Below are positions 23,202-36,600 of a stretch of DNA of 64,000 nucleotides, in pieces; the stretch's first letter is position 1, and the number at the start of each line of letters is the position of its first letter. The notes beneath the pieces are model-generated. The model did not search any database, was not told the DNA's origin, and worked only from the letters and a program-made list of their open reading frames with translations. The position numbers and the translations under genes were made by a program. The stretch covers positions 1,178,001-1,242,000 of the forward strand of contig JAUPSS010000006.1 in NCBI GenBank assembly GCA_040285825.1. Reading direction: 5' to 3'. The DNA comes from Eukaryota sp. TZLM1-RC. Taxonomy: Eukaryota > Protista > Metamonada: BaSk clade.

Positions 23202-26200
23202 AACAGCTACAACGATAGAAACACCAAATAAACCCTGTTTCATTCATGAGTTCGACTCGAACCCAGACTCAGAGTCCCACAGTGATATCTTCATGGTTCG
23301 CACCTCAGATGTCGCACGCAAAAATTTAAAATTGAAATTTTCAATAAATAACTGCGAAATAGAAGGGATCATCGACTCTGGAGCTTCGATATCAGTCATC
23401 ACTGTTGATCTAGCAGAGAGATGCAACATGGTAAAGACTAACCATTGCATAAACTTTAAGTCTGCAAACAACATCATGTCGAAGTCTTTAGGATCAGCAG
23501 AAGGCACACTGAGCTTCAGACTCGGTAGTGTAACCCAATTAGTTCATGTGAAACATAGCTTGGCCATCATTCCTGGCAACAATATGTTACTAATTGGTAG
23601 AGACCTGCTGCATCACCTAGGCTTATTGAACGATGAAGGCCTCTTCATCAAGATGGATGAGGAACATCGTACATTACTTCTGCCTGAGGCTGAATTCGAC
23701 CATCGAATCTCCCAAGTCTCAGATGTCGTCAACGTCCCCAGACGTTGGTTGGAGCACATACAGTCTTCTGGTTGTACTATTAACCTCGACTGTGACAACG
23801 ACAAGAAGACCTTACTTCTAACCTTGAAAGAGTTCGAAGAGACATTCACCCTTAAGCCGCATGCTGATGGGATTGACTGTCCTCCAATGGAGATCAACTT
23901 TCACGATGAAAGTATTCGAGTCAGACGACCCCCTCGTAGGTTAAACCCCGAGAAACAGAAAGTCGCCGAACAGATCTTCGATGAACTCGTCGAGTCTGGA
24001 TTTGCTGTACCATCGAACCATGAGTTCAGCTCTCCAGTATGTCTTGTGGTATACCCTGATCATCGTAAGCCTCGTCTTACTGGTGATTACAGCGGCAAGG
24101 ACGGAGTCAACGCCAACACTATTCCCGTTGAACCTAATCTCCCCAGAATATCCGATGTGCTAGTCTTCCTTTCAGAAGCCAATTTCATCGGTACCCTTGA
24201 CCTCCCCAAAGCCTTTTGGCAACTAAAAATTGCAGAAAAGGACTGGGAGAAGACTGCCTTAAGCATCCCTGGCAAAAAGCATCATGTTTAAACGTGCTGC
24301 TTTCGGCCTCAAGAACGTTCCTGCAGTTTTCCAGAACGTTATGGCAGACATCTTCTCCGGAGACGGTGTATTCATCTATATAGATGACATCATTATAGTA
24401 GGTAGAACTTTCAACGAGTTCCTCGGACGTCTAAGACGTGTCCTCGAGAAGGCTCGAACCCGTAGAGTTAGCCTTGGACTGCCCAAGTGCCATTTTTGTG
24501 TCCTCTAGACACCCAATAAAGATCCTTGGTAGCAGATTCCAACACAAAACCAGGACCATTGATCCTACACGCACAGAGTCTTTACTGAATCTTCCCAGAC
24601 CTAAGACTGTGAAAGACGCCCGTAGCCTTATCGGCTCAGTCAACTTCATTAGGGAATGGCTTCCCCAGGTAACCAAGCATGTTGCCCCGATCATCAAACT
24701 AACACACGGCAAACCACGTCGCCTGCAGTGGAAAGACACTCACGACCACCATTTAGCCGAAATCAAACGCCTGATCGCGGAGCATATGCCTCTAAACTTA
24801 CCTCCGGTGGATAACCAAGTACTAATTAGTTGCGATGCCTCTGATATAGCAGTTGGCGGCGTGATTTGGGAACAATTAGAACCCACTAAGGACCCTGGTA
24901 CTTCCTTACTCAATAGGAAATGTAGACCAATCAGCTTCTTCAGCAGATTGTTGACTAACTCCCAGCAGAACTGGCCCACGGTACAGAAAGAGCTTTACGC
25001 TATCCTTCTCATGCTTACCGAAAGTGGCTTCGAGAACTACCTCAAAGGAAGGCGCCTGATCATTTTCACAGATCACCAAAACCTTACTTACATGCTCACC
25101 GCTCCGAACAAAAACAGAATAGTCAGAAGGTGGCTTCCCATCTTTTCTGAGTTCCTATTCGACATAGTTCATACAAAAGGGAAGAGAACCATTGGGCAGA
25201 CATGCTATCTAGGATAGTACCGCCCCAAGACAATCATACCATCAACCATCTGGTACATTCTAATGACCAAGAGTTTCACCCTATCTACTACACAAATAGG
25301 ATTGACGAAACTGAGTCAGAGAGATGCTTCGTTGAAGATCTCCATACATTTGAGAAGGTGCTCATCCTTCAAGACAGATGCTCCAATGACCTTCCACTCT
25401 TCGAGCCATGGCTCTGCAAGATCAGGTCCGAACAAAAAGCGAGCCCTCGCTAACCAGGACACCTCATTTAACAACTGTACTTTGGATAGTCGTCTAGATC
25501 TTTATCTGACTCCAGAGCACAAGATCGTGATTCCTCAATCACTGGTTAAGGATACGCTTAACCTTCTACATGGACTCCCGCAAGGTGGCCACCCCAGTAA
25601 GGCAGAAAGTCTCCTCAGACTCAAGAACAGCGACTACTGGTGGCCTAACATGCTTTCAGACATGACCAAGCACGTCCAAGAATGCCCCTCCTGTCAGAAG
25701 ACAGCAGCAGTCCCCAAACTGCATGTCCCTACAACTGGTTCCTTGTGGGCTGACAGACCATTCGCAAGAGTTAACGTCGACGTCATTGGTCCTCTTCCTG
25801 AAGATCAAGACGGCCACAGATACATTCTTGTATTTGTGGATAGCTTCACGAGGTTCACTATCATAGTCCCCCTCAAAGAACTCAACGCCAACCTTACCGC
25901 TGACGCTCTCATATGGAAGGTATGCGCGATATTCGGGATCCCGTTCATAGTTCATAGTGACAACGGTCCTGAGTTCTCTAAAGCTGTCTTCGACGCTCTA
26001 TGTGAGTTTTTGGGCATAGAGGTCTCAAAGTCCGTCCCTCACTTCTCTCAGTCCAACGGTTTAGTCGAACGCCGTCACCGTGACATTTTGCAGAATTTGA
26101 GGAAGCTGCTCGTAGATTTTAACGCCTACGACGCATGGTCAGAGTACATACCCTATGTACAATTGTTAATCAACTCATCCAAGAGTTCGATTACAGGTTA

Positions 26201-26904
26201 CTCACCATACGAGCTCATGTTTGGTTCAGATTTTAGCCCAAGAGCTGACCCCGGCAAAAATCATAGAGACCCTCGAAAGCTCAACGTCTGAATCAACCTA
26301 CATCAACAACATTCAATCCAAATTTGCCAGATTGAAGAAGAAACAGGAGGAAGCAGAGCTCCGTCAAGCTTCCAAGGCTCCTCCTCGTGATTCCCAAATC
26401 GAAGCCAACCCTTTCTCTCCTGGCCAATTGGTAAAACGAGCTTCGTCTTCCACTGCTAAGTTACATGGTAACTACAAAGGACCATTCTTAGTTATCGACA
26501 CACCCTCTACCTCCACAGCTGACATCAAGAACCTGTGTACTGGTATGGTTGTTAAAGCCAGTGTGAAGCACCTCCAACCTTGGCATTCCAGTTTACCAGT
26601 AGATGATGAATTTCACTCCTGGGTTGCTGCTGGCGATGCAGAAGAGCACGTGATCCAGAAAGTCCTCAGTCAGGATGGTGATTACTGTCAAGTCCAATGG
26701 CCTGGCAATCATATTACCACTGAGCTGGTTTCGACTGTTCAAAACACCTCTGCCTATAAAGAATTCTCCAAGTCTGTTTCTAATACTCGCTCTCGTCCTT
26801 CACGCCGTAAACGTCGTTCTGTTAATATTAACAATAATGTTAATCCAACTCCTATCAGGCCTCGACGCTCGAAAAGAAGAAAGGGCAGTGTTAGCCTTGG
26901 ATAA
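23185..26904 (+). CDS. pol: Pol polyprotein: aspartic protease, RT, RNase H, integrase with GPY/F motif and degenerate chromodomain (apparent frameshifts at homopolymers ~24277, 24497, 25180, 25437, 26258)
   Basis: IIDSGAS; LDLPKAFWQ, FGLKNVP, YIDDII; CDASDIAVG, ELYAI, TDH; HHCC finger, VDVIGP, HSDNGPEF, SNGLVER; YKGPF; HVIQKVL...VQWPG. Confidence 0.92.
26871..26888 (+). other. Polypurine tract
   Basis: GAAAAGAAGAAAGGGCAG immediately 5' of the 3' LTR. Confidence 0.85.
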
Positions 26905-27044
26905 TATTTATAATAGTTTATTTATAGTTTACTAATAGTATTTGTATTTATTGCGCCTATGCGCTTAAGTTTAGGGAAATCCTTATTTCCCTGTAATAAA
27001 TTACATTTAAGGTATACTCAATGTCTAACCCCCACAGATCATCA
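26889..27044 (+). repeat. 3' LTR (156 bp)
   Basis: Identical to the 5' LTR; followed by the TCTT TSD. Confidence 0.96.
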
Positions 27045-27522
27045 TCTTTCTCTTATTTAAATTCTTGCTATTGATTTAATTTTTTAAGTATTGGTGTGTT
27101 TATTAAACAAACTGTTTGTTTCAAGAATTAAATATTTTCAAGTATTCAAAAAATTTGAACAAAAACAGATAAAGAAAAATTGGTGACACTCACAACTCAA
27201 TTGATTAATTGCAGGTTAAATAGCAAACATTGTACTTCTCCTTTTCAATCTACATTTTAGAATTTATTTCAACTTTTTAGTAATACAAATTTTTCTTTTC
27301 TTATTTTTATTCAAAATCATATTGAATTGTAGCTAAATTTGCAAACTAATTGAGGATAATAAAAATAATTTTAAGCTTCAACTTTCCTGATTATTAAATT
27401 TACCCTTGAAATTAGAAAAACAATAGAGTTATTATTACATAAAGCAAAAATTATGTGTTTAATTCATATTAATTGTTGTTTTATTCCAGAAAATAATTAC
27501 AAAAAACCAATTTATTTACAAA

Positions 27523-29031
27523 CTAAATCCCTTTACTAGCCCATACAACAGAATTGGCAATCAACCTGTGACCATCAGTTGAGCTTTGCCAGCCAGCACC
27601 TGCAAGATCACTACTATAACAAAGACAACCAAACTCCACAATTCTACCGTGTCCTATTTCATTCTTTGCAATTAAAGGACTTCCATTGAACACAATTGCC
27701 AACAAGGTTCCATTGACAAGTTGGGCATCTTTACGAGCAGAAGGAACAGCAAAAGAGTTGACATTTGTGAATATTGGGTCGTTTGACTTTGTTTTAACAA
27801 TGTTTTGTTGTGATCCAAGTTCAGTAGAATTACCCCCACTAAAGCAAGAGTAATTAAACCATTGGGGGCTTGATGATGGATAGAAGTTGAACAATACCAA
27901 ACCTTTACCAGCTTCTAACAGCTGGTTGAGGTATTGGCCTGGACCTCGGACATGAGAAGGATCTAAAACCACAACATCAAAAGGTTCAAGTTGATTGTAA
28001 TTGTTGATGGCGTTACCACTTGAATTAATAACAACTTCTAAATCCCCCCAATTTTCAGTTAAACCTTTATTAAGCTTGGTGGTTAGGTCGTTGATGGTAG
28101 CTGAAAGAACCCAAACCCCAACACGAATCCTTCTTTTTCTGTTACCTCTGAAACCATTATCAACAGCATTGGACTGAACTCTGGATTGCACACCGCCGAA
28201 TTTAGCATTTCCAGCAACCCTATTGACCTTTTTCACCATGTCATTATACCTCTTCTGCATTCTATCCAAATGATCCTTTCCTTTTGAAATCATAGATGAA
28301 AGTTCAGCTTCGATATCAGGAACTTCAACATTGAGTGAAACCACTTGGCCAGAGTAGAAAACATCAGCGGTTGGTTCTCTGAAACAAGACTCAACAGAAG
28401 AAGTGAAGAGGGAAAGACATTGGGAGGAGGTTGTGTTTATGGATGCATTAACTTCATTGGTTACATTCTTGGCTTCATCAACGCACTGTTGGAGGTAATT
28501 GTTGAGAGTAGTGACCTTATCAGTATACCTTTCAATGGCTTGGACAAGAGGCATCATTTTCTCATGAGAGGAGTGGCCATCCAAAAGCGAACAATCTACA
28601 CAGACAGCAACAGAACATTGGGGGCAAAAGTACTCCAAAATCTTAGTTGGGTGCTTGGTACATTTGACAGGACCTAGTGAACGTTCTTCCATCGGAACAA
28701 CATGGTGATGGCTAAGAGCTCTACGATGGATATTGGATGAACAGGAGTCGCAGAACATGGCTACACATTCTTGGCAGACCACGGTGGCATTGGAAGAGTC
28801 ACATTCTTGGCACAGCTTTGACCTGGGTTGTTGATGTTGTTCAATGGCCTCGCGCATTTTGATGTTCTCGCGCAAGGTTCTGGCATCGACTGCTGCACGG
28901 CATTCCGGACAACTTCTACTGTACAGTAGAACCGGACGGAGACACCTTTCCAGACATGCACTATGTCCACAAGGGAGAGTACAAGGCTTTTCCATGATGT
29001 CAAGACATATCGCACAGTTCATCCATTCCAT
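27523..29031 (-). CDS. TRIM-like E3 ligase (RING-Bbox1-Bbox2-coiled coil) with the family C-terminal alpha/beta domain
   Basis: CAICLDIMEKPCTLPCGHSACLERC...CPECR; CQECD..CQEC..FCDSC..H...HH; CTKHP..YFCPQC..CVDC..H..H. First ATG at 29031. Confidence 0.9.
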   Translation of the reverse strand: MEWMNCAICLDIMEKPCTLPCGHSACLERCLRPVLLYSRSCPECRAAVDARTLRENIKMREAIEQHQQPRSKLCQECDSSNATVVCQECVAMFCDSCSSNIHRRALSHHHVVPMEERSLGPVKCTKHPTKILEYFCPQCSVAVCVDCSLLDGHSSHEKMMPLVQAIERYTDKVTTLNNYLQQCVDEAKNVTNEVNASINTTSSQCLSLFTSSVESCFREPTADVFYSGQVVSLNVEVPDIEAELSSMISKGKDHLDRMQKRYNDMVKKVNRVAGNAKFGGVQSRVQSNAVDNGFRGNRKRRIRVGVWVLSATINDLTTKLNKGLTENWGDLEVVINSSGNAINNYNQLEPFDVVVLDPSHVRGPGQYLNQLLEAGKGLVLFNFYPSSSPQWFNYSCFSGGNSTELGSQQNIVKTKSNDPIFTNVNSFAVPSARKDAQLVNGTLLAIVFNGSPLIAKNEIGHGRIVEFGCLCYSSDLAGAGWQSSTDGHRLIANSVVWASKGI

Positions 29032-30284
29032 TGTGCAGGATGATGGATAATCAAAATATTGAATGGACAATTATCAAACTTCAAATTGACATTTCTCGTC
29101 TGGATTTGGTAATTAACGAAGTTGTCAATGTCAACTGGTCACAATTGGTTCGAGTTCATGTATTCCATCTGGTTCCATAATCCAAACACTCCAACTTTGA
29201 CAATATAAACTTTGAGGGTTCAGTAATTAATAGCCTCCCATTATTTTATAAATACTGAATTCATTGTGTTTGTGTCAACTCTTCCTTTATTTCCGCTGTT
29301 TATTTTTAAAATAGATTTCAATAATTAGAAACGATATGGCCAGGATGAATGCATTAGACAAACACGATGCATGTTCCCAGCATCTCATTCTTATCTCCGT
29401 CCATCCGAATTGATTATACAACAGATCATTATAGGAAAAAGAATCTTTATAGACCAGAATTTTGATAAAAACAACAGCAAAAAGACATTTAAAAAAGTCA
29501 CACTTTCAGAGGCTAACAGTTCAACATGAATTTATTAATTATTTCTTGTACTTTTGACTTACAGTGATTTTTTGGGTTTCTCAGTGGATTTTTGTTGAAC
29601 TTTATGACTGGCTCGACTTTAATTGATTTCCATCATCCACGCAATTGAAAATTCTTTAAATTTTTGTTCTTAAATTCCTTTTTTGTTGTTTATTAAAATT
29701 TTGACGAACGGACCTAATCTTCATAGATAAAAGAATGGTTTTGTGTGAGGTCAGCTTGACTTTCTGAGTAGATGTGTTATTTGGAGTGTTATAAATTCAA
29801 CATCAATATTTTTTGATTTTTATTGATTTCTCAACCGTTTTCTGTCGTTTGGATTGATAATTTGTGATGGTTCTACTATGAGATCCTGTATGTGACTTTG
29901 GTGACTGTGGAACTTAAATTGTATCCTTAAAAACACAGCGTAAGCTCAAAACAAGCCAAAAACTAATCAATTATGGCTTTCAAGTGTTATTGTTATAACC
30001 CTCAACCATCAAGAAATTGATTGGATATTGGCCATTGTATTCAACACAGCGATGTACAGCTAGTTCAATTGGTAGCTTCAGCATTTTAAATACCAACTCC
30101 GTTAATCCTTGTAATTCTACTAACAAACATTTCACAAATTCTGATCGCACCTTTGACTTCCAGAATTTCAGTGAGCACTACTGGAATTCTTTAAGTAATT
30201 CATTAAGAATTTGAACTCCAATGGCATGATTCTAATGTAAATGATTTTCTTCTTGTTTGGGAAAATACAAAATGCTTTTTTATA

Positions 30285-30656
30285 TATTGAATTTGCACAC
30301 TTGATTAAATTAAATCATAACTAATGGGACGACTATCATTAAACCAAGATTTCCTCTACAAAATCTTGATTTGCTTGCTGTCTAGCTAAAGCTTCTCTAA
30401 TTCGATTGAAAAACCGCGGTAATCTATTGATAATGGCAAATTGAATCCGTGAACGCCATAAAAAAATATCAAATCTTTTCATTGTTTTTTCTTTCACCAT
30501 TTTTTGGAAGTCATCCAAAAAAGTTTCTGCTTCAACTGATAATCTTCCATTTATCGAAAATGGGAAAGCAATAAAAACCAGCTGTGTATTTCTATCGATA
30601 TTTGCATCTTCAATTTCTTTATCATATTTTCTATGTTTTTCTTTTGCTTTAAAATC
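30285..30656 (-). mobile_element. Young 3' fragment of non-LTR family A abutting the TRIM 3' flank
   Basis: Nearly identical to 34545-34916. Confidence 0.92.
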
Positions 30657-30734
30657 TATAGAGTTATTACTACAAAAACAAAAATTATTGTTTTACTCCA
30701 GAAAAAATTACCGAAAAACCAATTTATTTACAAA

Positions 30735-32773
30735 CTAAATCCATTTACTAGCCAATACAATAGAATTGGCAAGCAACCTGTCACCATCAGTTGAGCTTTG
30801 CCAGCCATTACCACTATAATCACTACTCCAACAAGCACAACCAAACTCCACAATTCTACCTTGTACTATTTTATTCTTTGCAATTAAAGGACTTCCATTA
30901 GACACACTTGCCAACAAGGTTCCATTCACAAGTTGGGCATCTTGACGAGCATGAGGAACAGAAAAAGAGTTGACATTTGTGAATATTGGGTCATTTGACT
31001 TTGTTTTAACAATGTTTTGTTGTGATGAAAGATCAGCATCATTACCCCCCCTAAAGCAAGAGTAATTGAACCCTTGGGGGCTTCTTGATGGATTCCAGTT
31101 GAACAATACCAAACCTTTACCAGCTTCTAACAGCTGGTTGAGGTATTGGCCTGGACATCGGACATGGGCAGGATCAAAAACCACAACATCAAAGGGTAGA
31201 AGTTCATTGTAATTGTTGATGGCATTACCACTTGAATTAAAAACAACTTCTAAATCCTCCCAATTTTCAGTTAAACCTTTATTAAGCTTGGTAATTAGGT
31301 CGTTTATGGCACCTGAATAAACCCAAACCCCAACACTAATTTTGAACATCAATTCCCTTCCTAATAATTTTCTGGAAATTTCACCAATATTGTACCTTGA
31401 ACAATTCTTTTTAATTACCTTCTCCAACCATTCTTCTTTTCTTTTATTTAAAGAATTTGTTAAAGTAATATTTGATAATAAATTATTTGGAATAGTTGGT
31501 AATTCTGGAACTAATTCAAATGAATAATTATCAATAACCTTGCTTAATAACAAAGAATTAGAATGTTGAATTGCAAAATTAACAACATTAATAAATTCTT
31601 GATTGGAAAACCTGCCAAATTCCAATTTAGAAATAACTAAATCAAAATCAATATCAAAAACTAAATTTGATTCAAGGTTAAAGAGCCAAATAAAATCTGA
31701 AACATTAATTGATTTTGAATTATTAATAAAATTGGCAATTAATTATTGTTTTAATTCCAAGTCAACTTCAAGAGGAATTAATTCATCTATTTCATCTCTT
31801 AAAGGGACACAATCTTGACCAAATTGGGCAGCAAAGACAAGTTCTTGAGAACTTTTTGAAAAATTCAGCTTGTCAACATCAATCAATTCCTTTCCAAGTA
31901 ATTTCCTAATAAAGATAGCTTAAAACCAATAGTTTCAGATTCTAAATTATCAAAACAAGTAAATAAAGTAGTTTTAAATTCATCAAATACATTTTGAATC
32001 TTTTGAATCTCTTCCTGAGCTCTTTCCTTCACATTGCCATCAAAAGCAAGTGATTCTTCGACAGTTTTCGACGACTCTAGCTGCTGAAGCTTTAAACTAG
32101 ATTGTCTGATCAAATCACCAATCAAATCATGTAAAATTGATTGGGTTTGATTGAGGCTTTCCCTCACAACCGATTCTACTCTATCCCCTGATTGAGCCAA
32201 GGAGGGTGCAATAGTGGAAACTCTTGCTTGAAACTCATCCATTTGTTTGGCAAAGACTTCCTTGGCTTGTGAAAATGACACAAGAGCTTCATGGTGTTGA
32301 GAGTGGCCATGAGGCAAGCCACATGAATCGCACAAAGCAACCTTACACTTGGTGCAATAATGCTCGATTTCCTTGTTCTTGTGGTGAGGGCATTTGGGAA
32401 GGGAGACGTTGGATTTTTGTGAGAGAGGGACGACAGTGTGGTATTGAAGGGCCTTGAGGTTGTGGAGGAAAGAAGAGCAGTCGTGGCAGTAAGAATGATC
32501 ACAATCAGAGCAAAATAAACCAGCAGCAGCTTCTTCGCATTGAAAGCAGGGTTCAGCGGCAGGAGAGTGATGTGAGGAGGCTTCGATGATGTCGCGCAGT
32601 GTGATATTTATGCGATGACACATCAAGGGAATCTCCTCGCGGCATTGGGGACAGGAAGAACGTTGCTTCTTGGAGGGCAACAGACATCGATCACGACAGA
32701 AGCTATGACCACATGGGAGCGTAGTCGGTTGCTCCATGATCTGAAGGCATATTCCGCATTCTAGGTGAGACAT
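30735..32773 (-). pseudogene. TRIM-like paralog of 52503-54542 with a 1-bp loss (~31905, A-run) and an in-frame TAA (31743-31745)
   Basis: ORFs 31883-32773 and 30735-31625 align with the 679-aa paralog; CAA-TAA here vs CAA-AAA in the paralog. Confidence 0.85.
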
Positions 32774-33635
32774 TGGATGAATAAGACGATGAATGGCGAG
32801 AGAAGTTGGTTAAAAGGACATTATTTGTCATGCTACGTGTCACTTAGGTTTTGCTTCATCAAATTATACAAAATAACGACAGTCATTCTTAAAACAAGTA
32901 GTTTATTGAATCGTAAAAAACTGTTCATTTTTTTTGCTTGTGTGAATGCATTATTCAGAGTATAAAAAATAAACATCATTTTTTGGTAATTTTATTTTAT
33001 TGTTTAATTTTAATTTGGACCAAGGTTCACTGTTTTTTTTTCATTTTGAAATTTTTAGCATTTGAAAGAGGAATACCATTATCATTATTTTCTATTGTAG
33101 CTTCCTTGATTTCTCAACTGTTGTGTATTAATTGGATTGATATTTTATGAAGAATCAACTATAAAAATTTGAATAATGAAACTAAATCTCTTTATTAATT
33201 GATTGATTTTTAATTCTTAATTTTCACTTCATTTTTTGAATTTGTTTTTTGTTTAGTCCTTGTGTTTATACTCTTTCCACAAAAAGTGAGGAGGTTTGGT
33301 TATGAAGGTTATTCATAGTACAAGGTGGCAATTCTAATTCTAGAAATGTTTGCTTTTCTAGTTTGATGATCAAAGACCACCAACTCTAACTGATGTACAG
33401 TCAATTATACTAAAAAATAATATTGTGGCCGAAATGAATTTGATCAAATAAAAGAAGTAAAAAATTGAAAATGGATTTTAAGGTTACCGGAAACTTTTTC
33501 GAATATGGACTAAATAAGGCTTTTATAATACTTACAATATTTTCCTGAATTTGGGAATTGTCAACGAATGCAGACTTTCTGGAAATTTTGACAATTCCTG
33601 CAATTGGACCAAATTTTAAATTCAATTTCAGTACT

Positions 33636-36600
33636 TCTTTGACAATTTTTGTTGAAGCTTTTTACAGCAAAACTGTAAATTAAATAGAGATCGATCGGTT
33701 TGGAATTTCTTGAATTGATTGAGGAAAACATTTGGTCCAAATTTGTGGCGGTAATTTTTCAAGTTCACAAGATAACTCAAACAAATAGGGACTACAATTG
33801 GGGACTAACAGATGAGAATCATCAGGAAATCTACGAGAAAATTCATAAATAAAATTTTTGCAAATCTTTTACAAGATATGTGTGACAGTACTTCTTCTGC
33901 CTTAGTAACAACAATTCCACAAGTTTATGGTACTCTCTTATCCGATTCTGCTTGGACTCTGAATATGAGATTTCGTTCCTTTATCTGGCCTGATAATTTA
34001 CCTCATAATTTAATTTGTAAATGTTCTCGAGAAATTACAACTACTCATTTGTTAAATTGTAAACATTTTATTACTTTTAGAAGCAAGGTTCATGATGCTG
34101 TAAGAGACCAGTTATATTGTATGTGTAAATCTCATAGAATTGAATCCTTCTTGGAACCTTTGTTGTCAAATCTGTTTGATGCTGAAAATGATTTTCATAA
34201 GAATAATAGAGGTGATGTCATATTACCTGGATTAGATGGAAGCTTTATTTTATTGGATGTAATGTCTGTTGATCCTTGTAATGCCTCAAATGAAAGGCTT
34301 TTTAATTCTGAAATTGATAATCCCCTTTCAAATGCTGAAAATTTTAAATTCAAAAAATACAATGAACCTTTGTCCAAATTGGCCAGTCTACAGCATGCAA
34401 AATACAATTTGTATCCATTTATATTTTCCCTTTTTGGTTCACTTGCACCAACTGCTTTACGTTTTTTGGATGATTTTGAAATGATTGTAAAGAGAAGAAC
34501 TGGCAGAAATTTCAACAGGTTGTTTTGGCAAAATCTATTTAATTTATTGAATTTGCACACTTGATTAAATTAAATCATAACTAATGGGACGACTATCATT
34601 AAACCAAGATTTCCTCTACAAAATCTTGATTTGCTTGCTGTCTAGCTAAAGCTTCTCTAATTCGATTGAAAAACTGCGGTAATCTATTAATAATGGCAAA
34701 TTGAATCCGTGAACGCCATAAAAAAATATCAAATCTTTTCATTGTTTTTTCTTTCACCATTTTTTGGAAGTCATCCAAAAAAAGTTTCTGCTCAACTGAT
34801 AATCTTCCATTTATCGAAAATGGGAAAGCAATAAAAACCAGCTGTGTATTTCTATCGATATTTGCATCTTCAATTTCTTTATCATATTTTCTATGTTTTT
34901 CTTTTGCTTTAAAATCCAGAGCAGCCACAGGATTAAGTTTTCTTCTGTGAACCAAAGTATCGTTTGCAACATTACATGAGACAAAGTCAACAATAGCTTC
35001 AGAATTATCAATCCAATCACAGTATACATCACCTCTATCATCAGAACCAAAATTATTCAGAGAAAGTGTTTCTTTCAGCAGGGGCTCTTTGATACAAGAT
35101 ATCCTTGCAGTTTGTGCCATATTGAAAACAGTGTCTCTAACAGCATTATGTAATGAAGAACGATAAGTTATCAATTTAGAGCAATTTAGAGCATGGCGCA
35201 AAGTGAGTTGAGGTGAATTCGAACAAATACATTTTTCTTTTGATAATAATTGGTTAATGGGGATGTTCAAATATAATCTCATTTTTGTTACAAATGCTTC
35301 ATTAGTAGCACACAATCCAAATCTTCGTGGTTCAATGGTTACAAAAAGTGAAGAATCTGACACCTTGTTTTCACAAACACCCTTTTCCAATAACAATGAG
35401 TGAAGATCTTGATTTAAAACAGCCGAGCTGCAAATATTATTATAAAGATCTTTTTCATACATTCCAGTCAATCTTTTCTGTAATGTTCGAAGAGTATACT
35501 TCAAATTTAAAACATTTTTTTCTGGAATATTGCCATTGAATGATTGGGGAAAACATCGACCCCATTTTTCTACATCAATTCTTGAAATTTCTTCATTTAA
35601 TGCAAAAACAGTGGAACTTTGCGTTGTCATCAATAAATCTTCCCAATCTGCAAATCTTACGGAGAACTCAAAGATTGCATTTCTGCATCCACCAACAAAA
35701 GCACACGAGGTAAGAATAGAAGCCTTCGTCCACCCTAAACCACCATATTGTGGACTAAGGTAAGCATGATCTGGAATTTGAAACATTTTACATCCCAGTA
35801 ATTGAGACAGAACTTTTGTACGTAACTCATTAAACTTTTGAGCCAAAGGTCTAGTGACGAGAGGATTTGTAGATCGAAATATATGATTAAAATTGGAACT
35901 AAAACACAGTCTTATAATGGTAAATTTGATGTGTTTTTTTATATCTAAATTCATCATTCGGTCAATTTTGACAGAAATTGAGTTCAACTTTTCAAACAAT
36001 TTTTTGGTAATTTCATCATTATTTCCTAAAAACGAACCCAAATGACGAATAGCATCAATTGAATATAATTTGGCTTGAATTTCAATATCATCAATTATTG
36101 TGGAAACTGGAGAATTCGATAACAAAACACATTTAAGTAAATTAAGTCGGAGACCAATTTTGGTAAATAATTCTTTAAAACATACAGTTGCTTTTTTCAC
36201 AATATTTAAATCACCAATAAGCACAACATCATCCATATATGCAATCATTTTTAGTGAAGGAAACATCTCTTGAATTTGCAGTAGAATAGGATGAATGGCC
36301 AAACAAAACAAAAGAGGTCCTAACGGATCTCCTTGCTTTACGCCACTTGATGAAATCAAAATGTTGTTCCCAAAATGTAAATTAGAATATGTGCAATATG
36401 TTGATTGAAAATATGGTATTAATTCTGGCATATATTGCAATAAAGCACCATGGATACTGCAACGACTTAGCGAATTGAAAGCATTACTAAAATCCAATGA
36501 CATGCAAACATTGGATTCATTTTGACGAAATAAGACATCAGTAGCAAAAATCGCTGAAGAGACTCCATCTGTAGTATTTATACCATATTGAAAGGGTAAT

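Larger units (their letters stand above)
19668..27044 (+). mobile_element. Full-length Ty3/Gypsy (Metaviridae, chromovirus-like) LTR retrotransposon, 4-bp TSD TCTT
   Basis: Identical 156-bp TG...CA LTRs; TCTT at 19664-19667 and 27045-27048; order gag-PR-RT-RH-IN-chromo. Confidence 0.96.

Noticed and set aside
33812-33860. Start of the 250-aa ORF (MRIIRKSTRKF...)
   Set aside because: It derives from the inverted segment, so it is an artefact of the 5' inversion.
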